A DNA stretch of 64,000 bases from contig NC_086108.1 in the NCBI RefSeq assembly GCF_963921235.1, positions 84,384,001 through 84,448,000 of the forward strand. The letters are read 5' to 3'. The stretch is from Mobula hypostoma (lineage: Eukaryota). Below the pieces are notes generated by a model. The model saw only the letters and a program-made list of their open reading frames with translations, was not told the origin of the DNA and searched no databases. Below are positions 49,359-62,896 of the stretch, piece by piece (the stretch's first letter is position 1; each line of letters starts with the position of its first letter). The translations under genes were made by a program, and so were the position numbers.

Positions 49359-52336
49359 TCAAAAAATTCAATCAGGCTCGTAAGGCACGACCTGCCCTTG
49401 ACAAAGCCTTGCTGACCATTTCTTATCATATTATACCTCTCCAAATGTTCATAAATCCTGCCTCTCAGGATCTTCTCCATCAATTTACCAACCACTGAGG
49501 TCAGACTCACTGGTCTATAATTTCCTGGGCTACCTCTACTCCCTTTCTTGAATAAAGGAACAACATCCACAACCCTCCAATCCTCTGGAACCTCTCCCAT
49601 CCCCATTGATGATTCAAAGATCATCGACAGAGGCTCAGCAATCTCCTCCCTCGACTCTCACAGTAGCCTGGGTTGCATCTCATCCAGTTCCAGTGACTTA
49701 TCCAACTTGATGGTTTCCAAAAGCTCCAGCATATCCTCTTTCTTAATGCCTACATGCTCAGGCTTTTCAGTTTGCTGCAAGTCTGCACTACAATCACCAA
49801 GATCCTTTTCCATAATGAATATTGAAGTATTTATTAAGTACCTCTGCTATTTCCTCCGGTTCCATACACACTTCCCCACTGTCACACTTGATAGGTCCTA
49901 TTCCTTCACGTCTTATCCTCTTGCTCTTCACATACTTGTAGAATGCCTTGGGGTTTTCCTTAATCCTGCCTGCCAAGGCCTTCTCATGGCCCCTTCTGGC
50001 TCTCCTAATTTCCTTTTTAAGCTCCTTCCTTTTAGCCTTATAATCTTCTAGATCCCTAACATTACCTAACTCTTTGAGCCTTTTGTAAGCTTTTCTTTTC
50101 TTCTTGACTAGATTTATTACAGCCTTTGTACACCACGGTTCCTGTACCCTACCATAACTTCCCTGTCTCATTGGAACGTACCTATGCAGAACTCCACACA
50201 AATATCCCCTGAACATTTGCCACATTTCTTCCATACTTTTCCCTGAGAACATCTGTTCCCAATTTAAGCTTCCAATTTCCTGCCTGATAGCCTCATAATT
50301 CCCCTTACCCCCATTAAACACTTTTCTAACTTGTCTGTTCCTATCTCTCTCCGATGCTATTGTAAAGGAGATAAAATTATGATCACTATCTCCAAAATGC
50401 TCTCCCACTGTGAGATCTGATACCTGACCAGGTTCATTTCCCAATACCAAATCAAGTACAGTCTCTCCTCTTGTAGGCTTATCTACATATTGTGTCAAGA
50501 AACCTTCCTGAACACACCTAACAAACTCCACCCATTTAAACCCCTTGCTCTAGGGAGACGCCAATCGATATTTGGAAAATTAAAATCTCCCATAACGACA
50601 ACTCTGTTATTATTACGCCTTTCCAGGATCTGTTTCCCTATCTGCTCCTCGATATCCCTGTTGCTATTGGGCGTCCTATAAAAAAACACCCAGAAAAGTT
50701 ATTCACCTCTTCCTGTTCCAAACCTCCACCCACAGAGACTTTGTAGACAATCCCTCCATGACGTTCACATTTTCTGCAGCCGCAACACTATCTCTGATCA
50801 ACAGTGCCACGCCCCCACCTCTTTTGCCTGCCTCCCTGTCCTTTCTGAAGTATCTAAAACCCGGCACTTGAAGTAACCATTCCTGTCCCTGAACCATCCA
50901 AGTCTCTATAATGGCCACCACATCATAGCTCCAAGTACTGATCCACGCTCTAAGCTCATCTGCTTTGTTCGCAGTACTCCTTGCATTAAAATAGACACAT
51001 CTCAAACCATCAGTCTGAGTGCGTCCCTTCTCTATCACCTGCCTATCTTCCCTCACACACTGTCTCCAAGCTTTCTCTATTTGTGAGCCAACCGCCTCTT
51101 CCCCAGTCTCTTCAGTTCGGTTCCCACCCCCAAACAATTCTAGTTTAAACTCTCCCCAGTAGCCTTAGCAAACCTCCTCGCCAGGATATTGGTCCCCCTG
51201 TGATTCAAGTGCAACCCGTCCTTTTTGTACAGGTCACACCTGCCCCAAAAGAGGTCCCAATGATCCAGAAATCTGAATCCCTGCCCCCTACTCCAATCCC
51301 TCAGCCACGCATTTATCCTCCATCTCATTCTATTCCTATACTCACTGTCACGTGGCATAGGCAGTAATCCCGAGATCACTACCTTTATGGTCCTGCTTCT
51401 CAACTTCCTTCCTAACTCTCTGTAGTCTGTTTTCAGGACCTCTTCCCTTTTCCTACCTATGTCATTGGTACCAACATGTACCACGACCTCTGGCTGTTCT
51501 CCCTACCACTGCAGGATATCTTGGACACAATCTGAAACATCCCAGACCCTGAAACCTAGGAGGCAAACTACCATCCGAGTTTCTTTCCTGCATCCACAGA
51601 ATCACCTGTCTGACCTGCTAACTATAGAGTGTCCTATCACTACTGCCTTCCTCTTCCTTGCCCTACCCTTCTGAGCCACAGGGCCGGACTCTGTGTCAGA
51701 GGCACGGCCACTATTGCTTCCCCGAGGTAGGCTGTCCCCCCCAACAGTACTCAAACAGGAGTACTTATTGTCAAGGGGTACAGCCACAGGGGTACTCTCC
51801 GGTACCTGACTCTTCCCCTTCCCTCTCCTGACTGTTACCCATTTGTCTGTCTCCCATGGCCCTGGTGTGACCACCTGCCTATAACTTCTTTCTATCACCT
51901 CCTCACTCTCCCTGACCAGACGAAGGTCATCGGATGCATCTCTAGTTCCCTAACTCCGTCCCTTAGGAGCTGCAGCTCGACACGCCAGCTGCATATATGG
52001 CCATCCGGGAGGCTGGGAGACTCCAGGACCTCTCACATCTGACACTGAGCACAGAAAACCGGCCTCACACACATACCACTTCCTTTCCTCAATTAACACA
52101 GGTAGACCTACCTCGCCTCCTTACCGCCTAAGCCTGTTGAACCAAAGCCCTACCACTCTGCTACCTCTCACTCTGCTGCCCGCTGGATATGGCAGTCTTC
52201 TTTTTAAACTTTTCCCACTTTACTGGCTGACATCACGTGCCTGCGCAGTATTGCCTCTCTTTTACCCCGAGCAGTAAAACTGCCTTCGCTCCGGAAATCC
52301 TTAGCTGTTCACTCACAGCCTTCTTGCTCCGAATCT
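49359..52336 (-). mobile_element. CR1 LINE 5' two-thirds (5'UTR, ORF1 esterase, EN, start of RT)
   Basis: ORFs 51602-51898, 51140-51484 (VHVGTND...DGLHLN), 50703-51137, 49794-50531, 49331-49624. Confidence 0.9.
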
Positions 52337-53850
52337 TGGCTTTTATGCAGTCCTTAACTTCCCTTGTCAGCCCAGTTCCTGCCCCTGCCATTTGAGAAAT
52401 TCTTCTTCTGTGGGACATATCTCTCCGGTGCCTTCTGAACTATTCCCAAAAAATTCAGCCATCTCTGCTCTGCCATGATCCCCATTAGTATCCTCCTCCA
52501 GTCCAACTGAGTAAGCTCCTCTCCCTCACCTCTGTAATTCCCTTTATTCCACTGCAATACTGATACATGTGACTTTTGCTCCTCTCTCTCAATTTGCAGT
52601 ATGAATTCAATCATATTATGATCACTGCCTCCTAAGGGTTCCTTTACATTAAGCTCCCTAATAAGATCTGAGTTATTACATAACACCCAATCTAAGATAA
52701 CCTTTCCCCAATTAGGCTCAAGCACAAGCTGCTCTAAAAAACCATTCTGTAGGCATTCAACAAATTCCCTCTCTTGTGATTTTACACTAATCTGATTTTC
52801 CCAATCCCCTTGCATATTGAAATCCCCCATTATCCTTGTTACATGTTTTTTCCAGCTCCCTTTACATCTTGGCTGTTATTTGGAGGCCTATATATGATTC
52901 ACATTATGTTTTCTTTTCCCCTTGCATTTTCTTAACTCCACGCACAAAGATTCAACATTCTCTGACCCTAGGTCACTTCCTTCTGAAGATTTAATTCCAT
53001 CTCTTACCAACAGAACTACACCACTGCCTATGCCTTGCTGCCTATCCTTTTGATACAAAGTATATCCTTTGATGTTAAGCTCTCAACGATGGCTTTCTTT
53101 CTGGGAGGCAAACTACCATCCCTGTTCCATTTTTGCATCCACAGAATCGCCTATTTGTCCCCCTGACTATAGAGTCCCCTTTTTCTGCTGCCATCCTCTT
53201 CACTTCCCCACCCTTCTGAAACATAGGGCCAGACTTCCTCCAAGTAGGTCCCCCCCTCCAACAGTGCACAAAATGGAGTACTTACTGTTGAGGGGGATGG
53301 CCACAGCAGTACTCTCAATTCTCTGACGTTCTCCTTTCCCACTCCTGACAGTCACCCATTTATCTGTCTCCTGTAGGCTTGGGGTGACTACCTCCCTGCA
53401 GCCCCAGTCTATCACTCCTCACCTTCCCTAACAAGCTGAAGGTCATTAAGCTGCGGCTCCAGCTCACTAACACAGTCTCTGTGGAGCTGCATCTCGATGC
53501 ACCTTGCGCAGTTGTGGTCATCGGTTAGGCTGGGAGTCTCCTGGAAATCCCAGATCTGACACCCAGAACATAACATTGGCTCTGTAGACACAACCCCTAT
53601 ACTCTCAGGATCTAAATTGGAAATAAGGAATGAACTTACCTACTTACCTTGCCTCTGCCTGTTCTCACCGAAGCCTTGTTGAGGCAAAGCCTTACTACTC
53701 TGTCTCTGACTACTCCGACGACGGCCATTCCGCTAGGCGGTACCTCTCTTTCATAGAGACTGGGTTCTTAAAGCTCTTCGCTGGACCTGCGTGGGAACGC
53801 TTCTGTTGCTTCTGAGCATTACTCCAATCGACGATTCCCGTCTCAACCCT
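52337..53850 (-). mobile_element. Older internally deleted CR1 (5'UTR, ORF1 N-part, EN part)
   Basis: ORF1 motifs (GDSIVRG, VVCLP) joined near 53100 to endonuclease (GDFN, ILDWVL, LGGSDHN). Confidence 0.75.
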
Positions 53851-54844
53851 TTCAACCCCTTTATCATGGATATAGACAAGACAATGTGCACAAGGTCAGT
53901 ATTCAGCTATTTTGTTCTGCTGAGTTTGTTGTCATGACAACATGGCACTAAGCTCTCTGCCTCCTTCCTGTACTATGACTCATTACTTGAGATACAGCCC
54001 ACTACGGTGGTGTCATGTTGGCAAAAATACAGAATTATAGTTACAGTTAATAAGGCATTATTTTATTGAATGGTACAGCAGGGTTGAAAGTCTGAGAGCT
54101 CTGTATCTAATCCTATTCCATTTCTTCAAGAGAGATGAAAAGCTTTATGAATAGGGAATCAGGGATGATACAGTTGGAGAAAAGTGGCACTGAAGTAAAT
54201 GATCAGTTATAATCTTATCGAAAGGTAGAAAAGGGGCTGAGAAACCTACTCCTATTTCAACTTATTATAAGTCAGGGCAAAGAAATTGATTGGACCCACC
54301 CAAAGAGAGGTGGGAGTTTCAATAAAAGGGTCAGCACGAGCCGGGATAAGAGGAGGTGGAAACTCATGCGTGAGGCTGTCCTGGGGCAATGCAGCAGGCA
54401 CGACCAGCAGTGTCTGCACAGCCAGGCACAACAACGGAAGCATTGTGCGGAGGGAGAGCAGCACTTGCCGCAGTAAGTCAGTGAAGGAATTGCTCCAAAG
54501 CTGAATAGTGCAAGGTTGTTTACATTGTGGAGGGAAAAGGAAACAGATCTTCAATGAAAGGAGGTTCACAACTTGAGAACTGTTCGATCAAGGGAATCTT
54601 CACACAAGCTACATAAAATATTCTCTACAATCTTGAATTTAAAGATCATTTAAAAATTACTTTTCTTCTGTTTTATACAACACAAAGTATTCTCAAATGC
54701 ATTTCATCAAGGCACTGGGATAGACCACCTTCTTGCTCTCTGACAGCACAGCATTATTTAACTATGAAACAGTGCTGCCTTCTGGTGGTTAAAGAATGCA
54801 GTCCCATTAACTGGAACTGCAGTCACAGAAGGCCTTAATTATTA

Positions 54845-55500
54845 ATAATAGTACTATAATAATAAAGTACTTTATTAATCCCATGGGAAATTCTTTTGTT
54901 GTAGCAGCAACATTTAAAAACTACACTCAGTAGTCTGCAGACTTAACTAAAAATAAAGTTCAAAATAATAATAAACACAATAATAATTTACCAATGCACA
55001 ATAATAATGTATAAAATACAAAGGTAATAAAACAGAGACTGTTGTACTCTGATGTGTGTTCTCCTGTCACACAGAGATGAACTGTCACATATGCTTATTG
55101 CATTTGGTAGGAAAGATTTTCTGTAATGATCCTTGTGACAGCTGAGCTGAATAACTCTGTTCAAAAGGGTGTTCTGCTGCTTATTCAGTAGGTCATGGAG
55201 AGGAAGTGCCAGATTTTCCATAATGGGTAACAGTTTGTTTAGTGACCTCCTCCCCACCACTAATTTAAAAGAGCCCAGGTTATAGCCAAGGACGGATCCA
55301 GCCTTTCTGATGAGTTTATTTACTCTTTTTGCATCACCAGCACCAGTGCTACCCCCCTCCCCCCAGCATAAAGCTGCAAAGACTACACCCGCTATAACAG
55401 ATTGGTAAAAGATCTCAGCTTCCTTAGAAAATAGAGTCTGCTCATCTCCTTCTTGTAAACAGCCTTGGTGTTGGTTACTGGATGCCTTTTGAGGAATCCA
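54845..55500 (-). mobile_element. Rex1/Babar 3' fragment
   Basis: ORF 54988-55503 EIFYQSVIAG...LCWG...NKLIRKAGSVLG...YRKSFLP. Confidence 0.8.
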
Positions 55501-55534
55501 CACTGGCTATTATCCTATATAATCCAACAACCGG

Positions 55535-56085
55535 TACCAGCTGACCCACCATCAAGGACATATATACAGAAAGGTGTCAGAAAAAGGCCAACGATATCCT
55601 GAAGGATCCCACTCACCCTGCTCGTGGACTGATTGTCCCACTCCTATCAGGGAAGGGTCTATGTAGCATCCACACAAAGACCACCAGACTCAAAAGCAGC
55701 TACTTTCCCCAAACATTAAGACTGAACAACACCTCCACCCACTAACACACTCCACTACACCACTACTTTATCATTTCCTGTTAGTGTTACCTTATGTACA
55801 GATACTCTGTGCTTAGTGTCATTTTAAGGACATGCAATCAATAGATGTATAAACTGCCTTATGTATTTATATTTATTGTGTTTTTTTTATTACGTTCATT
55901 ATCTTATGGTTTTTTTGTGCTTCATTGGATTTGGAGTAACAATTATTTCAAGGTTCAAAAGTTCAAAGTAAACTTTATTATCAAAGTACATATACGTCAC
56001 CACATACAGCCCTGAGATTATTTTTCCTATGGGCATACTTAGCAAGTCTATAGAATAACTGCAAACAGGATCAATGGACAACAAA
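55535..56085. mobile_element. Rex1/Babar 3' fragments (+ about 55535-55950; - about 55950-56085)
   Basis: TIKDIYTERC...KDPTHPA...TTRLKSSYFP; then the reverse shared 3'UTR. Confidence 0.6.
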
Positions 56086-57150
56086 CTCCTTTGTACTTGT
56101 GTATTGAAAATAACATTAAACAATCCTGAATCTTAACCAATCTTGAATTAACACTAATTCCATTTACCAGCATTGTTTTCTTTGCTTTCCCTTGCTTTCT
56201 ACTGCATGATGATTCAAGAAGTGTTAAATATAGCAAGAAAATGTGGAACTCCCTTAGGCAGTGCATTCTTGGTGTCATCCATCCTCTGAATAAAACAATT
56301 CCTGCTCAGATCTCCTCTAGAACTCTTATGCTAAATCGAAACCTTTTCTGTATACCTCCATCAAAAAGCTCTTCAGGACTGCAATACAGGCTGAGATACA
56401 GCACCGTCAGGCTCCCTCATACACACCACGCTGTGACTGCCCTAGTGATTGAGGACAGCCTTCTGGAAGTGTTCTCAAGCACTGATCTTCCAAGAAGCAG
56501 GTACAGGGTGTGGCTCCCTGATAAGTCTGAGTAGATGAGGTATTGGGTGCTGAGCCCACACAAGCTCCAGTGAAGTCACCCTCATAAGAATCAAAGGGAG
56601 TAGAGTGCTTGGCCGCTCATACCTACTTGTTATGGCGAACTTCCAAGTTACAATATCCTTAGTAATTATTCATTCCTTTGCTTATCAATAATCCATCTAC
56701 CTCTGCCTTACAAATAATCAAAGACTCTGTTTTCAATGTCCTGTGAGGGATGGAATTCCAAAGACTCACATACAGCTGAGGAAACACAAAATCATACTTT
56801 ATCTCTGCTTTAAATGGGCAGTCTCTTATTTTTAAACCGGTACCCCTATTTTAAGCTCCCCTACAAGAGGGAAAAGTCCAAATTGATAAAATCATTCAGG
56901 ATCTTAAATGGTTTCAATTAAATCTCCTGGATACAGTGCTTCTCCCATCCAACACTTTAAAATTCTTCCTTCAATAAGAGGACCAACGTTCAATTCGAGT
57001 CTAATGATTATTCAACCGTACATGAGTACGCATGAATACAGCCAAACGAGACAGCGGTACTCCAGGGCCAAGGTACAAAACACAGTACCAACAGTCACAC
57101 ACAGCACAAACCACACACAACATGTATAAAATTATAAAATTGAAAGATAC

Positions 57151-57155
<5 letters not shown>

Positions 57156-57192
<37 letters not shown>
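57156..57192. repeat. (TG)n microsatellite
   Basis: About 18 TG units next to the Tc1 left end. Confidence 0.95.
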
Positions 57193-57194
<2 letters not shown>

Positions 57195-57197
57195 AAA

Positions 57198-58827
57198 CAG
57201 TGCCTATAAAAAGAATTCATTTCCCACCACCACCACAGAAGTTTTCATGTTTTTTTTTTGTTTTACAACATTGTATTACTGTAGATTTAATTTGGCTTTT
57301 TTAACACTGGTCAAAAGAAAAAGATTCTTTTGTGTCAAAGTTAAAACAGATCTATACAAAGTGATCTAATTTAATTACAAATATAAAACTCAAAATAATT
57401 GATTCCATACGTATTCATCCCCTTCGATATGGCACACCAGATCATCACTGGTGTAGCCAGTTGGTTTTAGAAGTCACAAAATTAGTTAAATGGAGATCTG
57501 TTCTTGAAGACCTGTGTGCATTCAAGGTGTTTCAGCTGATTATAGTAAAAATACACCTGTATCTAGAAGGTCCAACTCTGGTGAGTTGGCTTCCTGGCAA
57601 AAACTACACCAAGAAGATAAGGGAACACTCCAAGCAGCTCTGCGAAAAGATTATTGAAAAGCCCAAGTCAGAAGATGGATGCAAGAAAATTTCCACGTCA
57701 CTGAATATCCTTCGGAATACAGTTAAATCAATCATCAAGAAATGGAAAGAATATGGCACAGCTGTAAATCTGCCTAGAGCAGGTCGTTCTCAAAAACTGA
57801 GTGACATGCAAGAAGGGAACTAGTGAGGGAGGTCACCAAGAGACCTATGACGACCCTGGAGGAGTTAAAAGCTTCAGTGGGTGAGTGGGGAAAATTGCAC
57901 ATACAACAACTGTTGCCCAGGTGCTTCAACAGTCACAGCTTTATGGCAAAGTGGCAAAGAAAAAGCTACTGTTGAAAAAAACTCACATGAAATCTTGACT
58001 AAAGTTTGCCAGACAGTATGTGGGAGACTCTGAAGTCAGCTGGAAGAAGGTTCTATGGTATGATGAAACCAAAATTGAGTTTTTGGCCATCAGACTGAAC
58101 GTTATATTTAGTGTAAACCAAACACAGCACATCATCAAAATCCCTACCGTAAAGCATGGTAATGGCTGCATCATGCTGTGGGGATGCTTCACTGCAACAG
58201 GCCTTGGAAGGCTTGTGAAGATAAGAGGGTAAAATTATGCAGCAAAATACAGAGAAACCCTGGGGGAATACTTGACGCAGTCTGCAAGAGAACTCCGACT
58301 TAGGAGAAGATTTGTTTTCTAACAAAACATTGAACTCAAGCTTAAAGCCAAAGCTACAAAGGAATAGCTTAAAAACAACAAAGTTAATGTCCTGGAGTGG
58401 ACAAGTCAGAGTCCGGAACTCAATCCAAGTGAAAATTCGTGGCTAGACTTGAAAATAGCTGTTCACTCATGATCCCCTTCCAACCTGACAGACCTTGAGC
58501 AGTTCTGTAAAGAAAAATGGGGAAAAATTGCCGTGTCCAGATGTGCAAATCTGATACAGTCCTATCCACACAGACTCAAGGCTGTAATTACTGCCAAAGG
58601 TACATCTACTAAATATTGACTTGAAGGGGGTAAATACTTAAGCAATCAAATATTTTGTATGTTGTAATTAATTTAGAATACTTTGTCGAGATTTGTTTTC
58701 ACTTTCACACAAAAGAGTCTTTTTCTGTTGAGCAGTGTCAAATAAAAGCCAAATCCACTGTGATTCAATATTGTAAGATAATAAAACTGAAACTTCCAAA
58801 AGGGGTGAATACTTTTTATAAGCACTG
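57198..58827 (+). mobile_element. Full-length Tc1-like transposon, IR/DR type, dead transposase
   Basis: TIR cagtgcctataaaaagaattca / tgaatactttttataagcactg followed by TA; about 210-230 bp long IRs with inner repeat (gtattcatccccttc / gaagggggtaaatac); motifs [47 protein letters not shown]. Confidence 0.92.
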
Positions 58828-60890
58828 TATGTAGTACAAACCCCGAGTGCATTGCCCATCAGAAGCACCTTACTCCAAGTATGGTGTGATCATGCCCTGT
58901 ATACCCATTGGTGCCTTTTGCACGCCCTCATCATTCATTAAAGGAGACACTGGGTCCTTTAAATGGAATTTGATAGTTTTAGCTGCAGGAAAGTGTGTGA
59001 TGATAGAAGGGTAGAAGGATAGAAGGGTGTGTCAAAGCTGAACATGAGTGGTGTGCAGACTGCTGTGCAGTGCTCTTGATTGTATATGCTCTGTACAAAA
59101 GCTAGTATTACTGTGAAACAATAGTGCCTGTTGTTATTCGGAACTTGCTATTGATTATTCTTGGGTACTGCATTAATATTCATATTATCTGAGTGTGCTG
59201 GATGCTGGAAGATGAAAATCCCACACCAAATTGAGCTTACAATTTGCTTACAAGGATTCGGAGCAATAAGGCTGCGAGTGAACGGCTAAGGGTTTCCGGA
59301 GCGAAGGCATTTTTACTACTCAGGGTAAAAGAGAGGCAAGACAGCGCAGGCATGTGACTTCAGCCAGTAGAGCAGGAAAAGTTCAAAAAGAAGACCAGCA
59401 TATCCAGCAGGCAGCAGTGTAAGAGGTAGCAGAGTGGTAGGGTTTTGGCTTGACAGGCTTAGGAGGTAACGCAGCGAGGTAGGTTTACCTGTGTTAATCG
59501 CGGAAAGGAAGTAGTATGTGTGTGAGGCCGGTTTTCTGTGCTTGGTGTCAGATGTGGGAGGTCCTGGAGTCTCCCAGCCTCCCGGACGGCCATATCTGCA
59601 CCTGGTGTGTCGAGCTGCAACTCCTAAGGACCGCATAAGGGAACTGGAGATGCAGCTCGATGACCTTCGTCTGGTCAGGGAGAGCGAGGAGGTGGTAGAA
59701 AGGATTTATAGGCAACTGGGACACTCCAGGGCCACGGGAGACAGACAAGTGAGTGACAGTCAGGAGACGGAAGGGGAAGAGTCAGGTACTAGAGAGTACC
59801 CCTATGGCTATACCCCTTGACAATAAGTACTCCTGTTTGAGTACTGCTGGGTGGGGGACAGCCCACGTGGGGGAAGCAACAGTGGCCGTGCCTCTGGCAC
59901 AGAGTCCGGCCCTGTGGCTCAGAAGGGTAGGGAAAAGAAGAGGAAGGCAGTAGTGATAGTGGACTCTAGTTAGGGGGTCAGACAGCCGATTCTGTGGATG
60001 CAGAAAAGAAACTCAGATGGTAGTTTGCCTCCCAAGTGCCAGGGTCCAGGATGTTTCAGATTGCGTCCAAGATATCCTGTAATGGGAGGGAGAACAGCCA
60101 GAGGTCATGGTACTTATTGGTACCAATGACATAGGTAGAAAAAGTGAAGAGGTCCCGAAAAAAGACTACAGGGAATTAGGAAGGAAGTTGAGAAGCAGGA
60201 CCGCAAAGGTAGTAATCTCAGGATTACTGCCTATGTCACATGACAGTGAGTACAGGAATAGAATAAGGTGGAGGGTAAATGCGTGGTTGAGGGATTGGAG
60301 CAGGGGCAGAGATTCAGATTTCTGGATCATTGGGACCTCTTCTGGGGCAGGTGTGACCTGTACAAAAAGGACGGGTTGCATTTGAATCACAGGGGGACCA
60401 ATATCCTGGCGAGGAGGTTTGCTAAGGCTACTTAGGAGAGTTTAAACTAGAATTTTGGCAGGGTGGGAACCAAACTGAAGAGACTGGGGAAGAGGCGGTT
60501 GGCTCACAAATAGAGAAAGCTTGGAGACAGTGTGTGAGGGAGGATAGGCAGGTGATAGAGAAGGGAAGCGCTCAGACGGACGGTTTGAGATGTGCCTATT
60601 TTAATGCAAGGAGTATTGTGAACAAAGCGGATGAGCTTAGAGCATGGATCAGTACTTGGAGCTATGATGAGGTGGCCATTACAGAGACTTTGATGGTTCA
60701 GGGACAGAAATGGTTACTTCAAGTGCCGGGTTTTAGATGTTTCAGAAAGGACAGGGAGGGAGGCAAAAGAGGTGGGGGTGCGGCACTGTCGATCAGAGAT
60801 AGTGTCACGGCTGCAGAAAAGGTGGACATCATGGAGGGATTGTCTACGGAGTCTCTGTGGGTGGAGGTTAGGAACAGGAAGGGGTCAATA

Positions 60891-62896
60891 TTAAACAAGA
60901 GGAAATAGCAAGGGCTTTATCCTCTTCCCAACCAGGCAAGGCTCCGGGACCAGATGGATATACAGTGGGATTTTATAAGACTTTCACTGAAATACTTACA
61001 CATTATTTATGTCAAATTTTCCACTGATTCTATATCCTCTGGGAATCTCCTGAAAACTTTATGAAGCATCAATCTCACTAATTCCTAAAAAAGAAAAAGA
61101 TTTATCTGAATGCACTTCCTACAGACCAATCTCTTTACTGAATGTGGATTTTAAAATTCTTTCTAAGATTTTGGCTAATAGACTTGAGAGTATTTTACCT
61201 AGTGTTATTTCCAATGATCAAACTGGATTTATTAAAAATATGTATTCACATTTTAACATTCGAAGATTATTAAACATTATTCACTCCTCTCCATCTAAAG
61301 AATCTGAATGTGTTGTTCTTCTTGATGCGGAGAAAGCCTTTGATAGGATGGAGTGGCCTTACTTATTTGCGGTTTTGGAAAGATTTCATTTTGGTCCAAG
61401 ATCAAATTGATCTATCAAGCTCCTATGACTGCGGTTACAGTATAACTAATAATCAAAAATCTCTTTACTTTAGATTATACAGAGGTACTCGGGAGGGATG
61501 TCCTCTTAGCCCTTTATTATTTAACTTGGCTTTAGAACCCCTTGCTATTGCTCTTAGAGATTCCAATATTGTTCAGGGTATTAAAAGAGGGGACAAAGTA
61601 CACAAGGTTTCGTTGTATGCAGTTGACCTGTTAGTTTATATTTCAGATCCTAGGAAATCTATTCCTTCTACGCTATCTATATTTTCTGAATTCAGTACTT
61701 TTTCTGGATATAAATTAAATTTATATAAAAGTGAGTTATTTTCCATTAATAATTACTCAGATCAATATCATCAAGTACCTTTTAGTGTTGCTAAAAATTA
61801 CTTTACTTATCTTCGTATTAAAATTACCAAAAATTTTATGGACCTATATAAATATAATTTTCTCCCATTAGTTGATTACACCCAGCAAATGCATTCTAAA
61901 GGTTACCTATGACGTTATCACTAATAGGTCAAATTAATGCTATTAAAATGATAGTTCTACCAAAATTCTTATATACATTTCAGGCAGTTCCTGCCTTTGT
62001 TCCTAAAACGTTTTTGATAGAATAGATTCCATAATCTTATTTTATATTTGGAATCATAAAAATCCTAGATTGAGTAAACCTTCATTACAGAAATTAAAGA
62101 AGGATGGTGGTATGGGTTTGCCAAATTTTAGAATGTATTATTGGACAACTCCTCCCTTGGAGGGTCAGACACCCTGAGCCAACAGGCTGGTCCTGGACTT
62201 ATTTCCATCTGGCATAATTTACATATTATTATTTAATTATTTATGTTTTTTATATTGCTATATTTATACTCTTCTTGGTTGGTGCAACTGTAACGAAACC
62301 CAATTTCCCTCGGGATCAATAAAGTATGACTATGACTATGACTATATGATAGCCTTTTCAACTTTATTGACTAGGAGAGCCATTTTACTGAAGTGGAAGG
62401 ATTCTAATCCGTCTACTGTCTTTTATTGGCTCTCCTCCATTATGTCCTGTTTAAGTAGAAAATAAGAAGTCAGACATTTGATTCATCCTTTAAATTTGAG
62501 CAAATCTGGTGACATTTTATTCAATATTTTCATTTGATTTGATTTATTACTCTTCCAATTTTTTTTCGAAGTTTTAGATTTGATCAGAAAGTTTTTCTTT
62601 TTTTTTGGTTGTATCCTCAGAATGGACTGCCCAGTCCCTTTTTTTTGTATAGTGTGGTGTTTTTTTTCCTTCATTTAAAATTCAAAGTTTTTTCTTTCCT
62701 CTTCATGAATTGATAAGAGGAGAATTAGCTGTTTTCTTTTTTATTACATATTACATACTAGCTTAACACCATGTCTGATTTTGATCATGTCTATGTCAAT
62801 CTCTGTTTGTATTGTTTTTGGTATATATATTGAGATAATTCTCCTCTTGTTTGTATTTATATTCCTTTTAAATCAATAAAAAGATTAATAAAGAAA
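60891..62896 (+). mobile_element. 5'-truncated, internally deleted L1 inserted in CR1
   Basis: 13-bp TSD gaaggggtcaata (60878-60890) / gaagtggtcaata (62897-62909); DQTGFIK, LDAEKAFDR, REGCPLSP, YAVD; AATAAA and A-rich tail. Confidence 0.88.
62145..62345 (+). mobile_element. Rex1/Babar 3' end inserted in L1
   Basis: Closely matches 6200-6388, including the (tatgac)n tail. Confidence 0.85.

Noticed and set aside
54252..54569. Minus-strand ORF with signal-peptide-like MLPLLCLAVQTLLVVPAA
   Set aside because: Short, no recognisable domain or splice support, and ends in CR1 tail sequence; likely chance.
57157..57369. ORF with CVCVCV repeat
   Set aside because: Translation of the (TG)n microsatellite and the Tc1 inverted repeat.
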